The notes under the pieces were generated by a model, which was not told the origin of the DNA, did no database searches, and saw only the letters and a list, made by a program, of their open reading frames with translations. From Gammaproteobacteria bacterium (GTDB taxonomy: Bacteria; Pseudomonadota; Gammaproteobacteria; HK1): DNA of 64,000 bases. Below, piece after piece: positions 49,610-60,590 of this stretch (positions within the stretch are counted from its first letter, which is position 1; every line of letters starts with the position of its first letter). Both the position numbers and the translations under genes were made by a program. The stretch spans positions 2,030,226-2,094,225 of the forward strand of contig OZ251545.1 in the NCBI GenBank assembly GCA_965243335.1, read 5' to 3'.

Positions 49610-49639
49610 TTGATCCCTCCGCGCCGGAGGCGCGATAAT
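49610..49639 (+). promoter_or_regulatory. candidate sigma70 promoter of rpsT (TTGATC-N18-GATAAT)
   Basis: -35 TTGATC at 49610-49615 and -10 GATAAT at 49634-49639. The spacer contains the palindrome CCTCCG-CGC-CGGAGG. It lies 40 nt upstream of the GTG start. Confidence 0.45.
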
Positions 49640-49679
49640 CGCCGGCCGACCCCGGACCCGACAGGAGCGTTCCCCCACC

Positions 49680-49943
49680 GTGGCCAATTCAGCACAAGCG
49701 AGGAAGCGCGGGCGCCAGAACGAGACGCGGCGGCGGCGCAACCAGTCCGCCCGGTCCCGCTTCCGGACGTCCCTCAAGAAGGTGATCCGCGCGATCCGGG
49801 ACGGAGACCGGGAGGCGGCCGCGGAGATGTACCGGGATGCGGTTCCCGCCATCGACCGGGCGGCGGGCCGGGGCCTCATTCACCGGAACAAGGCGGCCCG
49901 CCACAAGAAGCGGCTGAACGCCCGCATCCGCGCCCTCGCGTGA
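49680..49943 (+). CDS. rpsT: 30S ribosomal protein S20
   Basis: Track ORF of 87 aa with a GTG start. (M)ANSAQARKRGRQNETRRRRNQSARSRFRTSLKKV... Confidence 0.93.
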   Translation: MANSAQARKRGRQNETRRRRNQSARSRFRTSLKKVIRAIRDGDREAAAEMYRDAVPAIDRAAGRGLIHRNKAARHKKRLNARIRALA

Positions 49944-49949
49944 GCGCCC

Positions 49950-52156
<2,207 letters not shown>

Positions 52157-52414
52157 TCAGACCGGCCGTACGCTCACGTACCGGCGGTTCCGCGGGCCGC
52201 CCGCGTGAAACGCCACCTGCCCTTCGGCGGTGGCGAACAGGGTGTGGTCCCGGCCGCAGCCCACGTTCTCGCCCGGATGGAAATGCGTGCCGCGCTGCCG
52301 GACGATGATGTTTCCCGGCCTGACCCGCTCGCCGCCGAAACGCTTGACGCCGAGCCGCTTGGAGTGGGAGTCGCGGCCGTTCCGGCTGCTGCCGCCCGCC
52401 TTCTTGTGCGCCAT
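52157..52414 (-). CDS. rpmA: 50S ribosomal protein L27
   Basis: Track ORF of 85 aa. [29 protein letters not shown]... Confidence 0.97.
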   Translation of the reverse strand: MAHKKAGGSSRNGRDSHSKRLGVKRFGGERVRPGNIIVRQRGTHFHPGENVGCGRDHTLFATAEGQVAFHAGGPRNRRYVSVRPV

Positions 52415-52439
52415 CTTCGGAATCCCCCCGTTCGGGTAT

Positions 52440-52754
52440 TCAGCCCGCCGTGACGTCCGTGATGCGGAGCTCGGTATACGCCTGGCGATGGCCCTGCCGG
52501 CGCATGTAGCCCTTGCGCCGCTTGAACTTGATCACGTTGATCTTCCGGGCTCGCCCGTGGCCGAGGACCGTGGCCGAGACCTTGCCCCCGGCGACCCGCG
52601 GAGCGCCGGCGACCGCGTCCTCACCGTCCCCGACGAGGAGCACCCGGTCGATCTCGATCTCCGCCCCCTCCTCCGCCGCGAGCCGCTCCACGCGGATGCG
52701 GCTTCCCGGCGCCACGCGATACTGCTTGCCGCCGGATTCGATGACCGCGTGCAT
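52440..52754 (-). CDS. rplU: 50S ribosomal protein L21
   Basis: Internal ATG 52754 (SD GGGAGG) of track ORF 52440..53081. [25 protein letters not shown]...[20 protein letters not shown]. 104 aa. Confidence 0.95.
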   Translation of the reverse strand: MHAVIESGGKQYRVAPGSRIRVERLAAEEGAEIEIDRVLLVGDGEDAVAGAPRVAGGKVSATVLGHGRARKINVIKFKRRKGYMRRQGHRQAYTELRITDVTAG

Positions 52755-52803
52755 TCGAAACCTCCCGTCCCATCGATTCGACGGCGCGAACCGGGGCGCC
52801 GAG

Positions 52804-52834
52804 CGGAAAAACGAAGGCGGGGCCTGACCCCGCC
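52804..52834 (-). terminator. terminator-like hairpin plus U-tract inside the rplU leader (possible attenuator or 5-prime stabiliser)
   Basis: The minus strand reads GGCGGGG-TCAGG-CCCCGCC (7 GC pairs, 52834-52816), then TTCGTTTTTCC. It lies between the predicted promoter (52846-52874) and the rplU ATG (52754). Confidence 0.45.
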
Positions 52835-52845
52835 CGGGAACCGGT

Positions 52846-52874
52846 ATTCTAGGGGGGATCGGATGGAGGCTCAA
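52846..52874 (-). promoter_or_regulatory. candidate sigma70 promoter of rplU-rpmA (TTGAGC-N17-TAGAAT)
   Basis: Minus-strand -35 TTGAGC (52874-52869), an exact 17-nt spacer, and -10 TAGAAT (52851-52846). Confidence 0.5.
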
Positions 52875-52875
52875 C

Positions 52876-53931
52876 GTGACGACGAACCCCGCGACGACGA
52901 ACCCCCGGACCCCGCCGCGAGCGGAGGGGCCTTCGTCCTCGCCGGGGCCCGGGCCCGAGCCGGACCGGCTCGCGTCCATCCGCCGCCCCGTCGAAGCCGA
53001 TCTCGCCGCGGTCGACGCCCGGATCCTCGAGAACCTCGAATCGAAGGTCCCGCTCATCCGGGAGACGGGAGAGTACCTCATCTCCCGGGGGGGGAAGCGT
53101 CTGCGCCCCCTTCTCGCCCTGCTCGCGGCCCGGGCCTTCGGCTACGAAGGGCGGGCCCACGTCGACACGGCCGTCATCATCGAGTTCATCCACACCGCCA
53201 CCCTGCTGCACGACGACGTGGTGGACCGGTCGACGATGCGCCGCGGGAGCGAGACCGCCAACTCGATCTGGGGCGACGAGGTCAGCGTGCTGGTCGGCGA
53301 CTTCCTCTTCTCGCGCGCGTTCCAGCTCATGGTCGGGGTCGGAAGCCTGCCCATCATGCGGCTCATGGCGGACACGACCAACGTCATCACCGAGGGCGAG
53401 GTGCTGCAGCTCGCCAACCGCCACGACCCCGACACCACGGAGGCGCGCTACCTGGAAGTGGCGGGGTGCAAGACCGGCAAGCTGTTCGAAGCGGCGGCCA
53501 GGGCGGGGGCGGTGCTGGCCGGCCGGGGCGAGGCGGAAGAACGCCGCATGGCCGAGTTCGGGGCCGGCCTCGGCGCCGCCTACCAGCTCGTGGACGACGT
53601 CCTCGACTACCGAGGGTCGGCGGCGGCCATCGGGAAGAACGTCGGCGACGACCTTGCCGACGGACAGCCTACCCTCCCCCTCATCCATGCGATGCGGGCC
53701 GGGAGCCGGGCGACCGCGCGGATGGTGCGCGAGGCGATCCGGACCGGCGACGGGAGGCGGCTCCCGGAGATCATCGACGCCGTTGAGTCGACCGGAGGCA
53801 TCGAATACACTGTCGCCTCCGCTCGCGGCTACGTGCAACGCGCGCGCAGGGCCCTCCGGGGCGTTCCCGACACCCGGTTCCGGGCGGCCCTCGCATCGTT
53901 CGCGGCGTTCATCGTCGAACGCACGTACTGA
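52876..53931 (+). CDS. ispB: octaprenyl-diphosphate synthase (polyprenyl synthetase)
   Basis: Track ORF of 351 aa with a GTG start. GGKRLRPLL, first aspartate-rich motif LLHDDVVD, second motif YQLVDDVLD. The proline-rich N-terminal 30 or so residues make the exact start uncertain. Divergent from rplU as in E. coli. Confidence 0.88.
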   Translation: MTTNPATTNPRTPPRAEGPSSSPGPGPEPDRLASIRRPVEADLAAVDARILENLESKVPLIRETGEYLISRGGKRLRPLLALLAARAFGYEGRAHVDTAVIIEFIHTATLLHDDVVDRSTMRRGSETANSIWGDEVSVLVGDFLFSRAFQLMVGVGSLPIMRLMADTTNVITEGEVLQLANRHDPDTTEARYLEVAGCKTGKLFEAAARAGAVLAGRGEAEERRMAEFGAGLGAAYQLVDDVLDYRGSAAAIGKNVGDDLADGQPTLPLIHAMRAGSRATARMVREAIRTGDGRRLPEIIDAVESTGGIEYTVASARGYVQRARRALRGVPDTRFRAALASFAAFIVERTY

Positions 53932-53935
53932 CCCT

Positions 53936-54012
53936 CGGGGTGTAGCTCAGCCTGGTAGAGCACCACGTTCGGGACGTGGGGGTCGTAGGTTCAAATCCTG
54001 TCACCCCGACCA
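53936..54012 (+). tRNA. tRNA-Pro (anticodon CGG)
   Basis: CGGGGTGTAGCTCAGCCTGGTAGAGCACCACGTTCGGGACGTGGGGGTCGTAGGTTCAAATCCTGTCACCCCGACCA. Anticodon stem CCACG/CGTGG, loop TTCGGGA. Confidence 0.93.
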
Positions 54013-56613
54013 CTCCGCGCCGTCGGCGGCGGCCGTCTCCGCCGGCGCGGCTGATTCGAAGGTCAGCGCGTCGTCGGCGAGGTCGATCCGGAGCGTCTCC
54101 CGCTCTGCGATCTCCCCGGCGAGGAGCCGCCGCGCGAGCGGGTTCTCCACCTCGGCCCGGAACGCCCGCTTGAGAGGGCGCGCTCCGTAGGCGGGGTCGT
54201 AGCCGAGCCCGGCGATCCGGTCGAGCGCCGCCTCCGTCACCGCGAGGCCGACCCCGCGCTCGGCGAGCCGCGCGCGCAGCCGGTCGACCTCCAGCGCCGC
54301 GATGGCCCGGATCTGCTCGCGCCGGAGCGGGCGGAACACCACCGTCTCGTCGATGCGGTTGACGAACTCGGGGCGGAAGTACCCCCGCACGACCTCGAGG
54401 ACGCCCGCCCGGACCTCCTCCCCCCCTCCGTCCTCCGCTCCCTGGATGATCTCGGTCCCGAGGTTCGACGTCATCACGACCACCGTGTTGCGGAAGTCCA
54501 CCGTGCGCCCGTGGCCGTCGGTCAACCGGCCGTCGTCGAGCACCTGGAGGAGCAGGTTGAACACGCTCGGGTGCGCCTTCTCGATCTCGTCGAGCAGGAT
54601 CACCGCGTAGGGCCGGCGGCGCACCGTCTCCGTGAGCTGGCCGCCCTCCTCGTAGCCCACGTAGCCCGGGGGCGCGCCGATGAGCCGCGCGACCGAGTGG
54701 CCCTCCATGAACTCCGACATGTCGATCCGCACCAGCGCCTCTTCGGTGTCGAACAGGAACGCGGCGAGCGCCTTGCACAGCTCCGTCTTGCCGACCCCGG
54801 TAGGGCCGAGGAAGAGGAACGTCCCGTTGGGCCGACCCGCGTCGGAGAGCCCGGCCCGCGACCGGCGCACGGTGTCCGAAACGGACCGGATCGCCTCCTC
54901 CTGGCCGACCACCCGGGCCGCGAGGGCGGACTCCATGTGCAGCAGCCGCTCGCGTTCGCCCTCGACGAGCCGCGTGACCGGGATCCCGGTCCATTTGGAG
55001 ACCACCTCGGCGACCTCCTCCTCGGTCACCGCGTTGCGGATGAGCTTGGCGGCCACCGGCCGCTCCCCCTCGGCGAGCCGCTTCTCCAGCTCGGGGACCC
55101 GCCCGTACTGGAGCTCCGCCATGCGGGCGAGGTCGCCGGCCCGCCGGGCCGTTTCCAGCTCGAGGCGCGCCCGCTCCAGCCGCTCCTTGACGTTCTGCGA
55201 GCCGAGCAGCAGGGCCTTCTCCCGGCGCCAGACCTCCTCGAGGTCCGCGTACTCGCGCTCGAGGTCCGCGATCGACTTCTCGATCCGGCCGAGGCGCTCT
55301 CCGGACGCCTGGTCGCTCTCCTTCGCGAGGGCCTCGCGCTCGATCTTGAGCTGGATGAGGCGCCGGCCCCGCCGGTCCATCTCCTCCGGCATCGAGTCGA
55401 TCTCGATCCGGATGCGGCTCGCCGCCTCGTCGACGAGGTCGATCGCCTTGTCGGGGAGCTGCCGGGCGGTGATGTACCGGTGCGAGAGGGTCGCGGCCGC
55501 GACGAGGGCGGGGTCCGTAACGTCCACCCCGTGGTGGAGCTCGTAGCGCTCCTTCAGCCCGCGCAGGATGGCCACCGTGTCCTCGACCCCCGGCTCGTCC
55601 ACGAGCACGGTCTGGAAGCGGCGCTCCAGGGCCGCGTCCTTCTCCACGTGCTCCCGGTACTCGTCCAGGGTGGTGGCCCCGATGCAGTGGAGCTCGCCGC
55701 GGGCGAGCGAGGGCTTGAGCATGTTGCCGGCGTCCAGGGAGCCTTCCGCCCGCCCGGCCCCCACCATGGTGTGGAGCTCGTCGATGAACAGCACGACCCG
55801 GCCCTGCTGCTTCGCGAGGTCGCCGAGCAGGGCCTTCATGCGCTCCTCGAACTCGCCGCGGAACTTCGTGCCCGCGATCATCGACCCCATGTCGAGCGAG
55901 AGGACCCGGCGACCCTTGAGCCCCTCGGGGACCTCGCCGTCGACGATGCGCTGGGCGAGCCCCTCGACGATCGCGGTCTTGCCGACCCCGGGCTCGCCGA
56001 TGAGCACGGGGTTGTTCTTGGTCCGGCGCTGGAGCACCTGGACCGTGCGCCGGATCTCCTCGTCCCGCCCGATGACCGGATCGAGCTTGCCCTGCTCGGC
56101 CCGTTCGGTGAGGTCGATGGTGAACTTGTCGAGGGCCTGGCGATGCTCCTCCGCGTCGGGGTCCTCCACCGCCTGCCCGCCGCGCACCGCGTCGATCGCC
56201 TTCGCGACGGCCTCCTCCCGCGCCCCGCATTCCGCGAGGAGCCGGCCGATCGGGCCGGGGTCGCGGACCGCGGCGAGCACCGCCATCTCGCTCGATACGT
56301 AGCGGTCCCCACGCTCCTGGGCGAGCTTGTCGGCGCCGTCGAGCAGGCGCACGAGATCACGGCTCGCATGTCTGTCGCCGACGCTGCCGGTGACCGGCGG
56401 GATGCGTTCGAGCAGAACCCCCAGCCGCGTCCGTAACTGGTTGACGTTCATGTCCGTCTGCGCGAGCAGGGGGCGCACCCCGCCGTCCCGCTGGTCGAGC
56501 AGCGCGAGGAGGACGTGGGCGGGCTCGATGAACTGGTGGTCGCGCCCCACCGCGAGGCTCCGGGCATCGGAGAGCGCGAGCTGGAGCCGCGTGGTCAGCT
56601 TCTCGGGCGACAT
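54001..56613 (-). CDS. clpB: ATP-dependent chaperone/disaggregase ClpB
   Basis: Track ORF 54001..56646. Start at ATG 56613 (SD GGAGG). [31 protein letters not shown]... Two AAA+ modules ([15 protein letters not shown]; [15 protein letters not shown]). 870 aa. Confidence 0.97.
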   Translation of the reverse strand: MSPEKLTTRLQLALSDARSLAVGRDHQFIEPAHVLLALLDQRDGGVRPLLAQTDMNVNQLRTRLGVLLERIPPVTGSVGDRHASRDLVRLLDGADKLAQERGDRYVSSEMAVLAAVRDPGPIGRLLAECGAREEAVAKAIDAVRGGQAVEDPDAEEHRQALDKFTIDLTERAEQGKLDPVIGRDEEIRRTVQVLQRRTKNNPVLIGEPGVGKTAIVEGLAQRIVDGEVPEGLKGRRVLSLDMGSMIAGTKFRGEFEERMKALLGDLAKQQGRVVLFIDELHTMVGAGRAEGSLDAGNMLKPSLARGELHCIGATTLDEYREHVEKDAALERRFQTVLVDEPGVEDTVAILRGLKERYELHHGVDVTDPALVAAATLSHRYITARQLPDKAIDLVDEAASRIRIEIDSMPEEMDRRGRRLIQLKIEREALAKESDQASGERLGRIEKSIADLEREYADLEEVWRREKALLLGSQNVKERLERARLELETARRAGDLARMAELQYGRVPELEKRLAEGERPVAAKLIRNAVTEEEVAEVVSKWTGIPVTRLVEGERERLLHMESALAARVVGQEEAIRSVSDTVRRSRAGLSDAGRPNGTFLFLGPTGVGKTELCKALAAFLFDTEEALVRIDMSEFMEGHSVARLIGAPPGYVGYEEGGQLTETVRRRPYAVILLDEIEKAHPSVFNLLLQVLDDGRLTDGHGRTVDFRNTVVVMTSNLGTEIIQGAEDGGGEEVRAGVLEVVRGYFRPEFVNRIDETVVFRPLRREQIRAIAALEVDRLRARLAERGVGLAVTEAALDRIAGLGYDPAYGARPLKRAFRAEVENPLARRLLAGEIAERETLRIDLADDALTFESAAPAETAAADGAEWSG

Positions 56614-56660
56614 CGAAGCCTCCGTTCGATTCCGGGAGCGAAACAAGGTGGACGGACGAG

Positions 56661-56688
56661 AAATGCGGCCTCGCCGCTACGCTTTCAA
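56661..56688 (-). promoter_or_regulatory. sigma32 (heat-shock) type promoter upstream of clpB
   Basis: The minus strand reads GGTTGAAA-N14-CCGCATTT, against the consensus CTTGAAA-N13-15-CCCCATnT. The -10 element ends about 48 nt upstream of the ATG. Confidence 0.5.
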
Positions 56689-56736
56689 CCACGGCCCGCG
56701 TGCTACGATGCCTCCGGGATCACCACCGGGAGCGAG

Positions 56737-57747
56737 ATGACGGTCCTCGTCACCGGGGCCGCGGGATTCATCGGGGCGGAGCTGTGCCGTCGGCTGGCCG
56801 CACGCGGCGATGCGGTCGTCACGGGTATCGACAACCTCAACGACTACTACGACGTCGGGCTCAAGAAGGCCCGGCTCGCCCGGCTCGACGACCTCCCCCG
56901 CTTCGCCTTCGAGAAGCTCGACCTCTCCGACCGGGAATCGACCCTCGCCTTCTTCCGGCGGATGCGGCCCCGCCGGGTCGTCCACCTCGCGGCGCAGGCC
57001 GGGGTGCGCCACTCGCTCCGGGACCCCTGGTCCTATGCGGACGCCAACCTCCTCGGCTTCCTCAACGTGCTCGAAGGATGCCGCCACGGCGCCGTGAGGC
57101 ACCTGGTGTTCGCGTCGACCAGCGCCGTGTACGGGGCGAACCGCAAGCTCCCGTTCTCCGTCCACGACGGCGCCGACCACCCGCTCTCGCTCTACGCCGC
57201 GTCGAAGAAGGCGAACGAGCTGATGGCCCACGCCTACAGCCACCTGTACGCCATCCCCGCGACGGGGCTCCGCTTCTTCACGGTGTACGGCCCGTGGGGA
57301 CGGCCGGACATGGCGCTGTTCCGGTTCACCCGCAGCATCCTGGCCGGGGAGCCCATCGACGTCTACAACCACGGCCGCCACCGCCGGGACTTCACCTACA
57401 TCGACGACATCGTCGAGGGGGTGGCGCGGACCCTGGCTCATCCGCCCGCTCCGGACCCGGACTGGGACGCCGCGGCCCCCGACCCGGCGACGAGCCACGC
57501 CCCCTGGCGCCTGCTCAACATCGGCAACCACGCCCCGATGGAGCTCGACCGCTACATCGAGACCCTCGAGAGCTGCCTCGGGCGGAAGGCGGTCCGCAAC
57601 CTCCTGCCCCTTCAGCCGGGGGACGTCCCCGAGACCTCGGCCGACGTCGAAGACCTCGCCGCCCTCACCGGCTACCGTCCCCGCACGTCCATCGAGGAAG
57701 GGGTGCCGCGTTTCGTGAGGTGGTATCGCGAGTACTACGGGGTATGA
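56737..57747 (+). CDS. NAD-dependent nucleotide-sugar epimerase (UDP-glucuronate 4-epimerase-like, SDR family)
   Basis: Internal ATG 56737 of track ORF 56515..57747. MTVLVTGAAGFIGAELCRRL..., catalytic YAASKKANE, FFTVYGPWGRPDMA. 336 aa. Confidence 0.9.
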   Translation: MTVLVTGAAGFIGAELCRRLAARGDAVVTGIDNLNDYYDVGLKKARLARLDDLPRFAFEKLDLSDRESTLAFFRRMRPRRVVHLAAQAGVRHSLRDPWSYADANLLGFLNVLEGCRHGAVRHLVFASTSAVYGANRKLPFSVHDGADHPLSLYAASKKANELMAHAYSHLYAIPATGLRFFTVYGPWGRPDMALFRFTRSILAGEPIDVYNHGRHRRDFTYIDDIVEGVARTLAHPPAPDPDWDAAAPDPATSHAPWRLLNIGNHAPMELDRYIETLESCLGRKAVRNLLPLQPGDVPETSADVEDLAALTGYRPRTSIEEGVPRFVRWYREYYGV

Positions 57748-59063
57748 GCCCCGGTCCGCCGGCCTCGCCGGGCGGCGCCCACGGGCGCCGGATCGCGGTC
57801 GTCGGGCTCGGCTACGTCGGGCTTCCGGTGGCCGCCGCGTTCGCGGATGCGGGCCCGGTGATCGCCTTCGACACCGACCCGGACCGGGTCCGGGAGCTGC
57901 GCGGGGGAGTCGATCGCAACGCCACCGTCGCCCCGGCGCGCCTCGCCTCGCCGCAGCTCGCGTTCACCGGCGCCCCCCGGGACCTCGAACGGGCCGACTT
58001 CTTCATCGTCGCCGTGCCCACCCCGGTCGACGGCGTGAAGCGCCCCGATCTCCGAGCCCTGGAGTCGGCGTCCCGGACGGTGGGCGGACGGCTCCGGCCG
58101 GGCGGGGTCGTGGTCTACGAGTCGACCGTCTACCCCGGCGCGACGGAAGGCGTCTGCATCCCGATCCTCGAAGACGCCTCCGGGCTCCGGAGCGGGCGGG
58201 ACTTCTTCGTCGGGTACTCACCGGAGCGCATCAACCCCGGCGACGAGGCGCACGGCTTCTCCCGGATCGTCAAGGTCGTGTCCGCGGGCGACCCCGCGAC
58301 CCTGGAGACGGTCGCCCGGGTCTATGCATCGGTGGTCGAGGCCGGGGTCCACCGGGCCCCCTCGATCCGGGTCGCGGAAGCGGCCAAGGTGATCGAGAAC
58401 ACCCAGCGGGACGTCAACATCGCGCTCATGAACGAGGTCGCGATGATCTTCGAACGGTTGGGGATCGACACCGGGGACGTGCTCGCGGCGGCCTCGACCA
58501 AGTGGAACTTCCTCCCGTTCCGACCGGGCCTGGTCGGGGGGCACTGCATCGGCGTCGACCCCTACTACCTGACCCACGAGGCCATGCGGGCCGGCCACCA
58601 CCCCGAGGTCATCCTCTCCGGGCGCCGGATCAACGACGAGATCGGGTCGTTCGTGGTCTCGAACGTCGTGCGGCTGCTCATCCAGGCCGGCGCCGCGGTG
58701 AAGGACGCCCCGGTGACCGTGCTCGGCGCGGCGTTCAAGGAGAACGTTCCCGACGTGCGCAACTCCGGCGTGGCGCGGATCGTCAGCGAATTCAAGCGTT
58801 ACGGGATGGACGTGCAGGTGTGTGACCCGGTCGTCGACCCCGGCGCGGCGCGCGCGGAGATCGGCGTCTCGCTCACCCCCCGCGAAGCCCTCCGGCCGGC
58901 CCGGGCGGTGGTGCTGGCGGTGGCGCACGACGCGTGGCGGCGGGAGGACGCCTGGACCCTGGTCGGCGCCCTCCTCGAAGGAGGGGCCGGGATCGTCGCG
59001 GACGTGCCGCGGCTGCTCCCCCGCGACCGGGCCCCCTCCGGGGTCCGTCTCTGGCGGCTGTAG
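57744..59063 (+). CDS. nucleotide-sugar dehydrogenase (UDP-glucose/GDP-mannose dehydrogenase family, TviB/WbpO-like)
   Basis: ATG 57744 overlaps the epimerase stop (ATGA). Tail of track ORF 56700..59063. IAVVGLGYVGLPVAAAFA...GYSPERINPGD...GLVGGHCIGVDPYYL. 439 aa. Confidence 0.9.
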   Translation: MSPGPPASPGGAHGRRIAVVGLGYVGLPVAAAFADAGPVIAFDTDPDRVRELRGGVDRNATVAPARLASPQLAFTGAPRDLERADFFIVAVPTPVDGVKRPDLRALESASRTVGGRLRPGGVVVYESTVYPGATEGVCIPILEDASGLRSGRDFFVGYSPERINPGDEAHGFSRIVKVVSAGDPATLETVARVYASVVEAGVHRAPSIRVAEAAKVIENTQRDVNIALMNEVAMIFERLGIDTGDVLAAASTKWNFLPFRPGLVGGHCIGVDPYYLTHEAMRAGHHPEVILSGRRINDEIGSFVVSNVVRLLIQAGAAVKDAPVTVLGAAFKENVPDVRNSGVARIVSEFKRYGMDVQVCDPVVDPGAARAEIGVSLTPREALRPARAVVLAVAHDAWRREDAWTLVGALLEGGAGIVADVPRLLPRDRAPSGVRLWRL

Positions 59064-59129
59064 CCCGCCCGCGCTCCGTGCCGACCCCGGAAGACCCGCC
59101 GGCCGGCGCGGGCCGCCCCCGGGCTCCGG

Positions 59130-60590
59130 TCAGAGCCCCGCCGCCTGCGCCATCAGCCGCAGCCAGCGGTCCGCGTACCAGAACAGGGCGAGGCAGCCGG
59201 CGGCCGTCAACCCGATCGCGAGGACGCACGGCCAGGGGGCTTCCGCCACCCCGCCCCCCCCGGTCTCCCGGCCCCGCTTCAGGAAGGCGCGAACCGGGAT
59301 CGGGAGGAGGTAGGCGACGGAGAGCAGGGAGCTCAGCATGAGCACCGCGAGCGCCGTGTAATGGCCGGACTCGATGGCGCCGAGCGCGAGATACCACTTG
59401 CTCCACATCCCGCCGAGGAGGGGCAGGCCCACGATGCTCAGGCTCGCGACGAGAAACGCGCCCATGGTGACCGGCATGGCGCGGCCGATGCCGTCCAGCT
59501 CGCTCACCTCGGTGCGGTGGTGGGCGACCAGGATGGCTCCGGCGCAGAAGAACAGGGTGATCTTGGCGAACGCGTGCATCACGATGTGGAGCCCGGCCCC
59601 CACGATCCCCCAGGCGCTCGCGAACAGGGCCCCCATCACGATGTAGGAGAGCTGGCTCACCGTCGAGTAGGCGAGCCGGGCCTTCAGGTTGTCGCGCCTC
59701 ATCGCGACGAGCGAGCCGGCGAGCACGGTCAGCCCCGCCGCCGCGAGCAGCCAGCCGACGCCGGCCCCGGCCGCCGCCAGGTGCTCGGTCCCGAACACGT
59801 ACACGACCACCTTGACGACCGCGAACACCCCCGCCTTGACCACCGCCACGGCGTGCAGCAGGGCGCTCACCGGGGTCGGGGCGACCATGGCCGCGGGGAG
59901 CCAGCGGTGGAAGGGCATGACCGCCGCCTTGCCGATCCCGAACACGAAGAGGGCGAGCAGCCCGGCGGTCGCGCCCGGGCCGGCGCGGCCGGCGAGGATG
60001 CCCCCTTCCCGAAAGCCGACCTCCCCGGCGAGGACCCAGACCCAGAGGATCGCGAAGAGCTGGAACGCGATCGAGGTCCCGAGCAGGACCCCGAGATAGA
60101 CCCGCCCCGCCCGCCTCGCCTCGTCCGTGCCCGAGTGGGTGACCAGGGGATAGGTGGAGAGGGTCAGGACTTCGTAGAACACGAACATCGTGAAGAGGTT
60201 GGCCGCGAACGCGACCCCGATCGCGCTCGCGATGGCGATGGCGAAGCAGGCGTAGAAGCGGGTCTGGTTCGATTCGCCGTGCCCGCGCATGTAGCCGATG
60301 GAGTAGATCGTGGTCACGATCCAGAGAAAGCTCGCCACGAGGGCGAACACCATCCCGAGCGGCTCCACCTCGAAGGCGATCGGGATCCCGGGGATGACCG
60401 CGGTGAGCACGGCGACCGGGCGTTCCCCGGCCTCGACGGCCGGAAGCAGGGCCAGGACCTCCAGGAAGAGCCATCCCCCGGCGGCGAGGCTCGCGGCCTC
60501 GCGGACGTTGGGCCAGCGCCCGAGGACGACGACGAGGGCCGCCCCGGCCAGGGGCAGGGCCACGCAGAAGACGAGGCCCGGGGCTTCCAC
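59130..60590 (-). CDS. Mrp/Mnh-type antiporter subunit D-like (NuoL/M/N-family proton-conducting membrane protein)
   Basis: Track ORF of 486 aa, polytopic. ...WIVTTIYSIGYMRGHGESNQTRFYACFAIAIASAIGVAFAANLFTMFVFYEVLTLSTYPLV... Confidence 0.85.
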   Translation of the reverse strand: MEAPGLVFCVALPLAGAALVVVLGRWPNVREAASLAAGGWLFLEVLALLPAVEAGERPVAVLTAVIPGIPIAFEVEPLGMVFALVASFLWIVTTIYSIGYMRGHGESNQTRFYACFAIAIASAIGVAFAANLFTMFVFYEVLTLSTYPLVTHSGTDEARRAGRVYLGVLLGTSIAFQLFAILWVWVLAGEVGFREGGILAGRAGPGATAGLLALFVFGIGKAAVMPFHRWLPAAMVAPTPVSALLHAVAVVKAGVFAVVKVVVYVFGTEHLAAAGAGVGWLLAAAGLTVLAGSLVAMRRDNLKARLAYSTVSQLSYIVMGALFASAWGIVGAGLHIVMHAFAKITLFFCAGAILVAHHRTEVSELDGIGRAMPVTMGAFLVASLSIVGLPLLGGMWSKWYLALGAIESGHYTALAVLMLSSLLSVAYLLPIPVRAFLKRGRETGGGGVAEAPWPCVLAIGLTAAGCLALFWYADRWLRLMAQAAGL

